Shown here: positions 1 through 9,760 of the stretch, one piece after another
Layout: every line of letters begins with the position of its first letter
Numbering within the stretch: the first letter of the stretch is position 1
NCBI RefSeq assembly: GCF_035299245.1
Contig: NZ_DATGWY010000019.1
Coordinates: 42,363-106,362 of the forward strand
Direction: 5' to 3'
From: Flavobacterium sp.
GTDB taxonomy: Bacteria; Bacteroidota; Bacteroidia; Flavobacteriales; Flavobacteriaceae
DNA length: 64,000 nt
Program-made: the position numbers and the translations under genes
Notes under the pieces: generated by a model
Seen by the model: the letters and a program-made list of their open reading frames with translations, nothing else
The model's database searches: none
What the model was told of the DNA's origin: nothing

Positions 1-2
1 GA

Positions 3-728
3 AGAAGTTCACAACCGATTCCAAAATCAGTTAATGTTCTTTCTCCTGAAAACATTTTTATTGAAGAAGGAGCGAAGTTGGAGTTTGTGACTTTAAACGC
101 ATCAACCGGACCGATTTATATTGGTAAAAATGCCGAAATTATGGAAGGTTCTGTGATTCGCGGTCCATTTGCTTTGTGCGAAGAAGCGCAAGTAAAATTG
201 GCAACCAAAGTGTACGGGGCAACTACTGTTGGGCCACATTGTAGAATAGGTGGAGAAGTAAATAATTCGGTTCTTTTTGGGTATTCTAATAAAGGGCACG
301 ACGGATTTTTAGGGAATTCCGTCTTAGGAGAATGGTGTAATATTGGTGCGGATAGTAATAACTCAAATCTGAAGAATAATTATGAAGAAGTAAAATTGTG
401 GAGTTATGAAACTGAAAATTTCGCCAAAACAGGTTTGCAATTTTGTGGATTAATGATGGGAGATCATAGTAAATGCGGAATCAATACGATGTTCAATACC
501 GGAACTGTAATTGGTGTGAGTACTAATATTTTTGGCTCAGGTTTTCCTCGCAATTTTGTGCCGAGTTTTTCTTGGGGCGGAGCAGCAGGTTTTACAACTT
601 ATTTAACTTCCAAAGCGTTTCAAACAGCAAAAATAGTGATGTCACGACGCCATGTTGATTTTACCGAAGAAGATGCAAAGATACTTGAGCATGTTTTTGA
701 GGAAACTAAAAAATATAGAAAAGAGTAG
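3..728 (+). CDS. GlmU-family (hexapeptide/left-handed beta-helix) sugar-phosphate transferase-like protein, 5' end outside window
   Basis: The frame is open from the window edge (RSSQPIPKSVNVLSPENIFIEEGAKL...), so the track start at 78 is not the real start. Hexapeptide repeats IGKNAEI/VGPHCRI/LGEWCNI/MGDHSKC are typical of the Bacteroidetes GlmU-family C-terminal domain. Confidence 0.8.
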   Translation, partial: RSSQPIPKSVNVLSPENIFIEEGAKLEFVTLNASTGPIYIGKNAEIMEGSVIRGPFALCEEAQVKLATKVYGATTVGPHCRIGGEVNNSVLFGYSNKGHDGFLGNSVLGEWCNIGADSNNSNLKNNYEEVKLWSYETENFAKTGLQFCGLMMGDHSKCGINTMFNTGTVIGVSTNIFGSGFPRNFVPSFSWGGAAGFTTYLTSKAFQTAKIVMSRRHVDFTEEDAKILEHVFEETKKYRKE

Positions 729-732
729 TCAA

Positions 733-2700
733 TTATTGACTACTCTTTGTTTCTCTTATTTCAAGTGAGGGATTTATTGTTGGTTCTGAAGTGGTCATGT
801 TTTTCCCAGCTTGGCTTTCAAAATTCATTTCTTTTTCAACTATTTTTAAATCGCGATTCAAAGGTTTAAAACGCATATCTGAATATCTTGAAACTTGTCC
901 GTTTCGTTCTTCATCAGCTCTAAAAGCCACAATTTGATACGAAAATGAAACGTTAGAATTGCCATTTTGTAATTCTTTTACTTCAAAACTAGTGGCTGTT
1001 TTATTAAAAACATACACTCCTTTACAGTCGCCTTCTAATTGAATGAAGACTTTCATTGGGTGCGTTTCATCTACTCGTATGTTTTTGGTAAGCACTGGGT
1101 CAATGTCAATTTTAGCATAACCATTAGTAAGGTTTCCAATGCCGTAATCTTGGAATAAAGCTTCTGGAGCTTCTGGAGCTGCCATGATGCGCTCTTTTCC
1201 TTCGTTGTCTTGAACTAAAGTATTCACCGTTCCAAAGCCTAAAATTTTGTAAACCACATTGTCAACCACAGAGCCCACAGTGGCAACTGCGTTGATTCCG
1301 CCACCGCTGCTCACATAAAATAGTCCTCCCATTCTGTCAATTGTGGTTGAAAACCCATAATTTGATCTACCTTCAACACCAACATACTCACCACCAGCAG
1401 TAATTCCTTTGCCGGCTTCAGGAACAGCGCCTATAGCACCTAGCGTAAACCATCCTAAGTTAGTTCCGATTCCTCCACTCACAACATTTAAGGCAGTTGC
1501 AGTTGGATTGGTGTAGTAAAATGTAGCACCCAAGTCCCGGTGTACGGTAAGTCGACTCACAAATGTTCCACCAACTAAATTACCAGCTACTGTGTTGGGT
1601 GTGTTATTGAGTGAAAATTCAAATTGACCGCCAGGATTGTAATTGAACATCGCGGGATAATTACCACTTGACATTTGTCGAGTTCCTCCATTGTAATAGC
1701 TGTTAAAATAGATTCCAGGCCAGTCGGAAACCATAGCCATCCCTAATGAGTTAGGTGTTAAGTTAAAAGTAGCCACCGTATTACCAACCGCACCTTGAGT
1801 TTGTAATCTAGCTCGGTCTGGAGCTGTTGTTCCTATTCCAGTATTTCCATTAGCCACAATTAATCCGTAGTTGTTTGTTCCTCCTAATGCCTCAAAATAT
1901 CCTCCGTAATTTATTGTTGTTCCAGTGCCTGTTGCAGCACCATAAACTCCATAACGTGAACCAGCTGTTCCAGTAGAAATATTATAGCTTCCAAAAGAGC
2001 CGCCAAAATAAGTGCCACCATTGTTGATTGCTCTTGATCCCATATAGCTGCCTTCAAAATAGCCACCGTATCCGTAACCAGGATTGTTCAACGCTCTCCC
2101 ATATAAACCAATACCGTCTGTGTTTCCAATAAAGGTGTTTTCTGAAAAAGTAGCTATTGCTGCTGAAGTTGGAGTTACGATATGTGTTCTATAAAGCGGG
2201 TTTCCAGTTCCAATGCCAATAAATCCTGAAGTTTGTTTGACGCGAAAACGCTCAATGTTGTTCGTTCCAAATACGATGTCATTAGCATCAGTCGTTCCTA
2301 AAAAATTTTCTGTACCAGCAATTGTGGATGTGCCATAAGTGATTGGAAGAGCTGGATCGTTTGTGGACGTGTTTCCGTTTAAACTCCAATCTCTAGAGTT
2401 GTTTCCGGTAAAAGAAATCCAATTCACACCATCCCAATAATAATAACCTGGACTTACCCCGTTGATACCAGCTACAGTTGAGGTATTGTAAACCAATGTT
2501 GATGTAGTTAAAGCACCGCCTTGTGGATTAACAACAGGAGCAGCAACATTATTGGCAGTCAAAGCTACTCTTGGAATTAAAAAACCATTTGTAGTTGAGT
2601 TTACATCGAGCATTCCGTTGGGAGTTAGTGTGTTTATCCCTATTTGTGCATACGACAAAACAGAGATGAATAACGCTAATAAAGTAGTACTTTTCTTCAT
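733..2700 (-). CDS. Secreted fibre/adhesin-like hypothetical protein (GIGTxxP repeats, Gly-rich beta region, distinct C-terminal domain)
   Basis: 655 aa. Signal peptide MKKSTTLLALFISVLSYA-Q; QIGINT..P/GIGTGNP/GIGTTAP motifs; C-terminal APEAPEALFQDYG...SFSYQIVA domain; no T9SS type-A CTD. Confidence 0.6.
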   Translation of the reverse strand: MKKSTTLLALFISVLSYAQIGINTLTPNGMLDVNSTTNGFLIPRVALTANNVAAPVVNPQGGALTTSTLVYNTSTVAGINGVSPGYYYWDGVNWISFTGNNSRDWSLNGNTSTNDPALPITYGTSTIAGTENFLGTTDANDIVFGTNNIERFRVKQTSGFIGIGTGNPLYRTHIVTPTSAAIATFSENTFIGNTDGIGLYGRALNNPGYGYGGYFEGSYMGSRAINNGGTYFGGSFGSYNISTGTAGSRYGVYGAATGTGTTINYGGYFEALGGTNNYGLIVANGNTGIGTTAPDRARLQTQGAVGNTVATFNLTPNSLGMAMVSDWPGIYFNSYYNGGTRQMSSGNYPAMFNYNPGGQFEFSLNNTPNTVAGNLVGGTFVSRLTVHRDLGATFYYTNPTATALNVVSGGIGTNLGWFTLGAIGAVPEAGKGITAGGEYVGVEGRSNYGFSTTIDRMGGLFYVSSGGGINAVATVGSVVDNVVYKILGFGTVNTLVQDNEGKERIMAAPEAPEALFQDYGIGNLTNGYAKIDIDPVLTKNIRVDETHPMKVFIQLEGDCKGVYVFNKTATSFEVKELQNGNSNVSFSYQIVAFRADEERNGQVSRYSDMRFKPLNRDLKIVEKEMNFESQAGKNMTTSEPTINPSLEIRETKSSQ

Positions 2701-2963
2701 AATTAATTCATTTTCATTTATATACTAATAAATGTAACTTCTTTAGTTGGTTTCTAAAATAGAATATCGATTAGTGGCGTATTTAATCGATTAAAAGCAA
2801 ATTATTATTAATCAAAAAGTTAATATGGTGAAAATTAAATTAATTAGTAGTTTTTTTCTTAGGGAAAATGCATTTAATAAGTTAATTATAAGAATTATCC
2901 GTAAAGCTTGAGTATTTAATAAACTTTTTAATCAGATTTGAATTTTGAAATGAATATTGTGTT

Positions 2964-2971
2964 TAAATTTG
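2964..2971 (+). promoter_or_regulatory. Bacteroidetes housekeeping -7 promoter element for mtaB
   Basis: TAAATTTG matches TAnnTTTG, 45 nt upstream of the ATG. Confidence 0.6.
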
Positions 2972-3016
2972 CAGTCTCAATTTTTTGACAACGATTTCAT
3001 TAATTGAGGCGTATTT

Positions 3017-4345
3017 ATGGAAAACAAAAAAAGAGTAGCCTTCTATACTTTAGGCTGTAAATTGAATTTCTCCGAAACTTCTACTATCGCGAGAAATTTT
3101 CAAGATGAAGGTTTTGATCGTGTTGACTTTGAAGAAGTGGCCGACATCTACGTTATCAATACCTGTTCGGTTACCGAAAATGCTGATAAACAATTCAAAC
3201 AAGTAGTAAAAAAAGCGCTCAAGCTAAACGATAAGGCTTTTGTTGCCGCAGTGGGTTGCTATGCTCAGTTAAAGCCTGAAGAATTAGCAGCTGTAGATGG
3301 CGTTGACTTAGTTTTAGGTGCTACCGAAAAATTCAAAATCACCGATTACATCAACGATTTGTCCAAAAATGATTTGGGTGAAGTACATTCCTGCGAAATT
3401 GAAGAAGCCGATTTTTACGTTGGAAGTTATTCCATTGGAGACCGAACGAGAGCGTTTTTAAAAGTACAAGATGGTTGTGATTATAAATGTACGTATTGTA
3501 CAATTCCTTTGGCACGCGGAATTTCACGCAGTGATGCGTTGGAGAATGTATTGAAAAATTCCTACGAAATTTCACAACAAGGAATTAAAGAAATTGTGCT
3601 CACCGGAGTAAATATAGGTGATTACGGTAAAGGTGAATTCGGAAATAAAAAGCACGAACATACTTTTCTCGATTTGGTGAAAGCCTTGGATGAGGTGGAA
3701 GGAATTGAACGTCTTCGAATTTCGTCAATTGAACCCAATTTGTTGAAAAACGAAACCATTGAATTTGTGGCTCAAAGCCGCACTTTTGTTCCGCATTTTC
3801 ATATTCCGTTGCAAAGTGGAAGCAATGAAATTTTAGGAAAAATGAAACGTCGTTACCAACGCGAATTGTATTCGGATCGAATTGCTAAAATTCGTGAAGT
3901 AATGCCTCATGCCTGCATTGGTGTCGATGTGATTGTCGGTTTTCCTGGTGAAAGCGATGAACATTTCTTAGAAACGTATCATTTTTTAAATGAATTGGAT
4001 ATTTCGTATCTGCACGTTTTTACCTATTCTGAAAGAGACAATACAGAAGCGGCTGAAATGAGTGATGTTGTGCCGATGAATGTACGATCAAAGCGAAGTA
4101 AAATGTTGCGCGGACTTTCAGTAAAAAAACGCCGTGCTTTTTATGAAAGTCAAATTGGAACGAATAGAACTGTACTTTTTGAAGGTGAAAATAAAGAAGG
4201 TTACATCCACGGATTTACCGAAAACTATGTTAAAGTAAAAACACCATGGAACCCAGAATTGGTTAATACTTTACATGATATTCGTTTGACGCACATTGAT
4301 GAAGATGGAAGCGTTCGAATGGAGTTCATGAATGTTGAAGTATAA
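3017..4345 (+). CDS. mtaB: tRNA t6A methylthiotransferase MtaB (radical SAM)
   Basis: UPF0004 N-terminus TLGCKLN..E, radical SAM motif CDYKCTYC, EIVLTGVN and C-terminal TRAM region. Confidence 0.92.
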   Translation: MENKKRVAFYTLGCKLNFSETSTIARNFQDEGFDRVDFEEVADIYVINTCSVTENADKQFKQVVKKALKLNDKAFVAAVGCYAQLKPEELAAVDGVDLVLGATEKFKITDYINDLSKNDLGEVHSCEIEEADFYVGSYSIGDRTRAFLKVQDGCDYKCTYCTIPLARGISRSDALENVLKNSYEISQQGIKEIVLTGVNIGDYGKGEFGNKKHEHTFLDLVKALDEVEGIERLRISSIEPNLLKNETIEFVAQSRTFVPHFHIPLQSGSNEILGKMKRRYQRELYSDRIAKIREVMPHACIGVDVIVGFPGESDEHFLETYHFLNELDISYLHVFTYSERDNTEAAEMSDVVPMNVRSKRSKMLRGLSVKKRRAFYESQIGTNRTVLFEGENKEGYIHGFTENYVKVKTPWNPELVNTLHDIRLTHIDEDGSVRMEFMNVEV

Positions 4346-4348
4346 TAT

Positions 4349-4385
4349 AAACCCTGAAATAAAGACTATTTCAGGGTTTTTTATT
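4349..4385. terminator. Bidirectional intrinsic terminator
   Basis: ACCCTGAAAT-N7-ATTTCAGGGT stem with a T tract, between convergent genes. Confidence 0.8.
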
Positions 4386-4389
4386 AGGA

Positions 4390-5946
4390 TTAATTTACTG
4401 ATTCTACTAATCGAATGAATTCGGAACGATAACCGTCTTCATCATTGGATAATCCCGAGCGAGCTAATTTTTTGATTGCCTCAGAAGAAGTGTTCGAAAT
4501 CAATTTAGACTCTCTTAATGTAAGTCCAAACCAAGCTACTGCTGAGCTGAATCTAAAATCAGACGAACAACTGTTTAAAGCTACCGATTGGTCTTCAATC
4601 GTTTTAATCATTTCAATACTTTTCTCACCATTGGGTTTTTTATATCTGAATTTGATGGTGGCCAGTTCTTCATCATAATTGCTTTCGTCTAATTGTACTT
4701 TGGTGTATTTTAAATCGGAAGGAACAAAACTGCTTTCAACTCCAGTTGGGATTATTTCATACAAAGCAGTCACCGAATGGCCACTTCCTAATTCGCCCGC
4801 ATCGATTGCATCGTTTTTAAAATCTTCAGCATTGAGTTTTCGGTTTTCATAACCAATTAAACGATACGCTTGTACGTGTTTAGGGTTGAATTCAATTTGG
4901 ACTTTTACATCTTTGGCTATGGCAAACATCGAACCTTTGAATTCTTTTCCTAAAAACCGATTGGCTTCCTGGATGTTATCGATGTAAGCGTAATTTCCGT
5001 TTCCTTTATCGGCCAAAATTTCCATTTTGCTGTCTTTGTAATTGCCCATTCCAAATCCTAAAACGGTCAAAAACACACCCGATTTTCGTTTTTCTTCAAT
5101 CAAATCTTCCATTTCATTATCCGACGACATGCCTACGTTAAAATCACCGTCAGTTGCCAAAATCACGCGATTATTTCCTTCTTTGATGAAATTTTCTTCA
5201 GCAATTTTATAGGCCAATTCGATTCCTTCTCCGCCAGCAGTGCTTCCTCCAGCTTCCAGTTCGTCAAATGCATTGATGATGGCTTGTTTTTCACTTCCAG
5301 AAGTTGGCTCCAAAACTACACCAGCCGAACCCGCATAAACCACGATGCTTACTTTGTCTTTTGCTCTGAGTTCTTTCACCAAAACTTCCATGGATCTTTT
5401 TAATAAGGGCAATTTGTTTTCGTCGCTCATCGAACCTGAAACGTCAATTAAGAAAACCAAGTTGGAAGCGGGCAAATTGGATGTAGAAATGGTTTTTCCT
5501 TGCAACCCAATTTTAAGTAGTTTGTGATTGGAATTCCACGGACTTTCACTGTATTCAGTAGCGATGGAAAACGGATGTTCGTCGGTGGGTTGCGGATAAT
5601 TGTATTTAAAGAAATTTACCATCTCTTCAACACGAACTGCGTCTTTGGGTACTTTTTGTCCATTGTTGATGAATCGTCTAATGTTGGTGTACGAAGCATT
5701 ATCAACATCAATGGAAAAAGTAGAAAGTGGTGCTTTTGTAGGTGATTCAAAGGGGTTTTCAGTCCATTCAGCATAACTTTCAGTATTTTCATTAGCGGTA
5801 GTAACATCCTGAAAATCTTCAGGTAGTGCGGGTTCTTGTGCAGCATCAGTAATTATGCTTGTTTCGGATTCTATGTTTTCTGCGTTTTTGCAATGGGTCA
5901 AAAAAAGCAATAGGAATGCCGTTAAATAAAAAGGATACTTTTTCAT
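4390..5946 (-). CDS. vWA-domain lipoprotein (YfbK / DUF3520 type)
   Basis: Lipobox-like LLFLTHC; STFSIDVDNASY; MIDAS DVSGSM; ILATDGDFNVG; YRLIGYENR and DAGELG (DUF3520). Confidence 0.85.
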   Translation of the reverse strand: MKKYPFYLTAFLLLFLTHCKNAENIESETSIITDAAQEPALPEDFQDVTTANENTESYAEWTENPFESPTKAPLSTFSIDVDNASYTNIRRFINNGQKVPKDAVRVEEMVNFFKYNYPQPTDEHPFSIATEYSESPWNSNHKLLKIGLQGKTISTSNLPASNLVFLIDVSGSMSDENKLPLLKRSMEVLVKELRAKDKVSIVVYAGSAGVVLEPTSGSEKQAIINAFDELEAGGSTAGGEGIELAYKIAEENFIKEGNNRVILATDGDFNVGMSSDNEMEDLIEEKRKSGVFLTVLGFGMGNYKDSKMEILADKGNGNYAYIDNIQEANRFLGKEFKGSMFAIAKDVKVQIEFNPKHVQAYRLIGYENRKLNAEDFKNDAIDAGELGSGHSVTALYEIIPTGVESSFVPSDLKYTKVQLDESNYDEELATIKFRYKKPNGEKSIEMIKTIEDQSVALNSCSSDFRFSSAVAWFGLTLRESKLISNTSSEAIKKLARSGLSNDEDGYRSEFIRLVESVN

Positions 5947-6236
5947 TTAATAAAAGGTTTTAGAAATTTGTGATTGATTTTTGTACTCGAAATAATTTCT
6001 GGCATTCCGGATTTACCTTGAAAATTACCTCTTTTTTCGCTAATTCAAATTTGATGCCAAGATTTTTGCATCATACTGAAAATTTATAAATAGCCTGATT
6101 TTATTGAAGATAATTGATTGTAATAATCAAAAAAGTTGAGTATTAATTAAAGCTTTGCTTTATTGTTTAAAAAATAATCAAAAATTAAATTTTAGATTTT
6201 AAAGTAACTTTAAAATAGGAATTTTAAACTTTCATT

Positions 6237-6578
6237 TTAATATTTCGAATGAAACCGAATCTTTGTAATTCGAAAAACGGTCTCACTGTATTGCTCGATA
6301 AATTCGTACTTGTGTCTGCCTGGTTGTTTGAAATTGATGATTTTATCAGCTGAAACTTCATAGTATCGGTTGTTGCCTTCCATCATAAATTTCAATCCGT
6401 TTTTGCGATAAGCCGAACGAATCAAATCAAATTCAGATAAATTCCAGGTAGTGTGTTCCGCATCAATATCGTCTATTTCTGAAAACAAACCTTCAGAAAC
6501 TTCCGTTTTACAACCATAGTACTTTTCGATGGTTTCGAAAAAAGCAATAATTTTTGAATTTAAATCGTCGGAGTTCAT
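6237..6578 (-). CDS. Hypothetical protein
   Basis: 113-aa ATG ORF with normal composition filling the intergenic gap; no recognised motif. Confidence 0.7.
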   Translation of the reverse strand: MNSDDLNSKIIAFFETIEKYYGCKTEVSEGLFSEIDDIDAEHTTWNLSEFDLIRSAYRKNGLKFMMEGNNRYYEVSADKIINFKQPGRHKYEFIEQYSETVFRITKIRFHSKY

Positions 6579-6675
6579 TTGATAAATATACTAATTTTCT
6601 AAAAAGAAAAATTCCAAATTCTACTTTCGTAATGAAACCAGAATTTGGAATTTGTTTATAACTTTAAAATTAAAC

Positions 6676-6987
6676 TTATATTTTAATTCCGGGAGGCAAT
6701 AAATCTCTGTAAGTAGTATTTTTTCTCATAAAAGCAGCAATTTTTGGCAAAATGGGAACTACTTTTAGTTTGCGTTCGTAGGCGATTTCCATAATGTTCT
6801 TTAGCAAATCAGAAATGAATTCCTCGTTATCAAACCCTTCGAAAGTATTAATTCGCGTCAGAAATATTTTTTTCTCTTGAAATGAATATTCCACAGAAAT
6901 CATCTTTCCCTCAATTAAAGTCTCAAATTGCCTAGCAAATGTATTGTCTTTAATTTCCATCTTTTCTAAAATTAACGGTGTTTCCAT
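6676..6987 (-). CDS. Small GNAT-family (YjdJ-like) N-acetyltransferase
   Basis: RQFE..IEG, IFLT..., KVVPILPKIAAFMRKN pattern. ATG at 6987 (METPL); alternative ATG at 6960. Confidence 0.7.
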   Translation of the reverse strand: METPLILEKMEIKDNTFARQFETLIEGKMISVEYSFQEKKIFLTRINTFEGFDNEEFISDLLKNIMEIAYERKLKVVPILPKIAAFMRKNTTYRDLLPPGIKI

Positions 6988-7065
6988 AATCAATTCAATC
7001 AAATATTTTAATTTTATGCAAATTTCGGAATAATAAATTGATTAATCGAATTTAGTACGTTAAAA

Positions 7066-7725
7066 ATGAATAAAATCCCCGTTTATTTTGTGCCTGGCAT
7101 GGCAGCCAACACAACTATTTTTGAAAACATCAGTTTGCCAGCCGAACAATTCGAAGTAATTTTCATTCCTTGGAAACTTCCCAAGGGTAAAGAAACCATT
7201 CAGAACTATGCCAAAAGAATGGCTAAAGAGGTCAAACATGAAAATGCAGTACTAATTGGTGTTTCATTTGGTGGAGTAATGGTGCAGGAAATGGCGGCTT
7301 TTTTAAAACTTCGAAAATTGATTATTATATCCAGTGTGAAATCGAGTTCTGAATTACCGCGTCGTATGAAAATCGCCAAAACAACTAAAGCCTATAAACT
7401 ATTGCCAACAAGTTGGCTGAAAGACGTTGAAAAGTTCGTCAAATATGCTTTTGGAGATAATTTAAAACGCAAATTGAAGCTGTACGAAAAGTATTTGCAC
7501 GTTCGTGATAAAGGTTATCTCGATTGGGCTATTGAAAACATGATGTGTTGGGAACGAGCCAATTGTGATCCTAATGTGATTCATATTCACGGCGATGCTG
7601 ATGAGGTTTTTCCAGTTAAACACATCAAAAAATACATTAAGGTAAAAGGCGGAACTCATGCCATGATTCTCAGTAAATACAAATGGTTCAATGCCAATTT
7701 ACCAAAAATTATTACCGAAGAATAG
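7066..7725 (+). CDS. Alpha/beta hydrolase
   Basis: YFVPGM oxyanion region, GVSFGG nucleophile elbow, HGDADEVF and GGTHAM. Confidence 0.85.
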   Translation: MNKIPVYFVPGMAANTTIFENISLPAEQFEVIFIPWKLPKGKETIQNYAKRMAKEVKHENAVLIGVSFGGVMVQEMAAFLKLRKLIIISSVKSSSELPRRMKIAKTTKAYKLLPTSWLKDVEKFVKYAFGDNLKRKLKLYEKYLHVRDKGYLDWAIENMMCWERANCDPNVIHIHGDADEVFPVKHIKKYIKVKGGTHAMILSKYKWFNANLPKIITEE

Positions 7726-7772
7726 GCTTTTCGGTCTGGTTTTTGTACATTGCCATAACAAAGAAAATGATT

Positions 7773-8654
7773 ATGAAAAGACTAAAGTATTTTGGGTTGG
7801 CCGCATTGGTTGTGGTTTTGAGTAGTGTGTTGATTTACAGTGTAGATAGAGATGAAGTTCACTTGGGTTCGTCGATGTATGTACCAGCCGATGTGAGTTT
7901 CTCTAATGAAAAAGCACCGTTGGAAGTCTACGATGTGAAAGAACGTTTTGAACGCGAACTGTTAGTCAATGCCAATTTACACTCATCAACTATATTAATT
8001 ATCAAAAGAGCCAATCGGGCATTTCCTGTTATCGAGCCGATTTTAAAAGAATACAATGTTCCAGACGATTTCAAGTACTTGGCTGTAATCGAAAGTTCGT
8101 TGACCAATGCTGTTTCATCTGCTGGAGCACGTGGTTTTTGGCAATTTATGGAAGGTACGGCTAAAGAAAGTGGAATGGAAGTAACACTAACTGTTGACGA
8201 GCGCTATCATTTAGTAAAATCAACTCACGCAGCTTGTAAATACTTGTTAAAAGCCAAAGAAAAATTCGGAAGTTGGACATTAGCCGCTGCTTCCTACAAC
8301 GCTGGTATGGCCGGAATCGCCAATCAAATAGAATCGCAAAAAGTGTCCAATTACTATGATTTATTGCTTAATGAAGAAACGTCTCGTTATGTTTTCAGAA
8401 TCTTAGCATTAAAACAAATTATGGAAAATCCGCAAAATTTTGGGTTCGCAGTAAACAAAGACGATTTATACGAATTGCTTCCAACCAAAAAAGTAGAAGT
8501 TGATTCTACTATTAATGATTTAGCCGATTTTGCCAAAACACAAGGCATCAATTATAAAATTTTAAAACTGCACAACCCTTGGCTACGCGATAAGAAATTG
8601 CCGAATCCAACGAAGAAGTTATATGTGATTGAGATTCCTACGGAAGGATATTGA
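7773..8654 (+). CDS. Lytic transglycosylase (SLT domain, MltD-like)
   Basis: LAVIES catalytic Glu, GARGFWQFM, AAASYNAG, ETSRYV. Likely ATG at 7773 (or 7767). Confidence 0.88.
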   Translation: MKRLKYFGLAALVVVLSSVLIYSVDRDEVHLGSSMYVPADVSFSNEKAPLEVYDVKERFERELLVNANLHSSTILIIKRANRAFPVIEPILKEYNVPDDFKYLAVIESSLTNAVSSAGARGFWQFMEGTAKESGMEVTLTVDERYHLVKSTHAACKYLLKAKEKFGSWTLAAASYNAGMAGIANQIESQKVSNYYDLLLNEETSRYVFRILALKQIMENPQNFGFAVNKDDLYELLPTKKVEVDSTINDLADFAKTQGINYKILKLHNPWLRDKKLPNPTKKLYVIEIPTEGY

Positions 8655-8658
8655 ATTA

Positions 8659-8811
8659 GACTGTAAGATTTTAAGATTGTAAGACAGTATGACTGTAAAA
8701 CAATTAAATAAAAAAAACACTTTCAAATTTACTGAAAGTGTTTTTTGATTTTATGCCTATAGAGCAAAATCTTACAGTCTTACAGTCCTAAAGTCTTACA
8801 GTCCCAAAGTC
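8659..8811. repeat. 8-nt-period inverted repeat arms (GACTGTAA / TTACAGTC) enclosing a terminator
   Basis: Arm 1 is 8659-8700 and arm 2 is 8768-8811. Confidence 0.75.
8711..8746. terminator. Bidirectional intrinsic terminator
   Basis: AAAAAAACACTTTCA...TGAAAGTGTTTTTT between convergent genes. Confidence 0.8.
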
Positions 8812-8813
8812 AA

Positions 8814-9329
8814 CTATATTTTTTTCAGTTGCTCCTTCATCATCGCAATCTGATCTTTCAACATGCCTTGTTTGTCTAATTTCTTAACTTCTGCGATTAA
8901 ATTAGTAGCTTCAAGTTTTCGTCTTCTTGACATTGCAACACCAGCCAAATTCAGTTTAGCTACGGCCAAATCCATGTCCATATTCAACCCTAATTCAATT
9001 GCTTTTTTGAAGAATTTTTCAGCTTGAAGTAGGTTTGTTTGTGACAACATCAATCCTTGTAAATAATTATAGTAACCTTGTTGTTTTTGAACCAAAGCCG
9101 TTTCTGGATTTGAAATTTTGGCTAACCATTTCTTAGCGCCATCAAAATTTTGCTTTCTCAATTGTAAAAAAGCCAATAAAATAAATTCGTTTTTAAAGTA
9201 AAGAAACAACGGAACTAACGATAAAAAAATCAGGAAAATTCCGTTTCCAATGTTGCTTTCTGTGAATTGCCAAACGGCTGCCACTATAATAAGAGCGACT
9301 AAAATTAATTTGATATTTCTGTGAAACAT
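8814..9329 (-). CDS. Membrane-anchored TPR-like hypothetical protein
   Basis: Two N-terminal hydrophobic helices, then TPR-like helices (YYNYLQGL..AEKFFKKAIEL). Confidence 0.7.
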   Translation of the reverse strand: MFHRNIKLILVALIIVAAVWQFTESNIGNGIFLIFLSLVPLFLYFKNEFILLAFLQLRKQNFDGAKKWLAKISNPETALVQKQQGYYNYLQGLMLSQTNLLQAEKFFKKAIELGLNMDMDLAVAKLNLAGVAMSRRRKLEATNLIAEVKKLDKQGMLKDQIAMMKEQLKKI

Positions 9330-9393
9330 AATAGTGTTTTTTTTGAGGTGACAAAGATAATAAAAGCAATTTAAAATATTTTTAAAAAACTAC

Positions 9394-9423
9394 TTGCAAG
9401 TAATAAAAATCGTTGTATATTTG
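9394..9423 (+). promoter_or_regulatory. Housekeeping promoter of rpmH (-33 TTG, 19-nt spacer, -7 TATATTTG)
   Basis: TTG at 9394-9396, 19 nt, then TATATTTG at 9416-9423; matches the Flavobacterium consensus. Confidence 0.75.
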
Positions 9424-9481
9424 CACTCGGTTTTAAAAAGACCTCTAAAACGAATAGTACACGATTTAAAGATAAAAAGCA

Positions 9482-9643
9482 ATGAGCAAAAGAACGTTTC
9501 AACCATCGAAAAGAAAAAGAAGAAATAAACACGGATTTATGGACAGAATGGCTTCTGCAAATGGAAGAAAGGTCCTTGCGCGTCGTAGAGCTAAAGGAAG
9601 ACATAAATTGACAGTTTCTTGCGAACCAAGACACAAAAAATAA
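9482..9643 (+). CDS. rpmH: 50S ribosomal protein L34 (missing from ORF track, 53 aa)
   Basis: Translated by hand: [53 protein letters not shown]. Confidence 0.97.
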   Translation: MSKRTFQPSKRKRRNKHGFMDRMASANGRKVLARRRAKGRHKLTVSCEPRHKK

Positions 9644-9665
9644 TGATTCGCATTCAATCAATATC

Positions 9666-9699
9666 AAGCCGTTACTTTTATTAGTAGCGGCTTTTTTTT
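9666..9699 (+). terminator. Intrinsic terminator after rpmH
   Basis: AAGCCGTTACT..AGTAGCGGCTTTTTTTT. Confidence 0.8.
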
Positions 9700-9701
9700 A
9701 A

Positions 9702-9727
9702 GTCATTGCGAGCCTACGAAGCAATCT
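9702..9727. repeat. REP-like unit GTCATTGCGAG..CGAAGCAATCT
   Basis: Reverse complement of the unit at 43008-43029; a degenerate version lies inside the element at ~9792-9809. Confidence 0.6.
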
Positions 9728-9760
9728 GTTCATAAATATTAATAATTATTTGAAGCTATT

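Noticed and set aside
9482-9643. rpmH not followed by rnpA/yidC
   Set aside because: The Proteobacterial/Firmicute gene order is not expected here; yidC follows pyrG instead.
9371-9667. 98-aa minus-strand ORF in the track
   Set aside because: Antisense to rpmH, which is the real gene.
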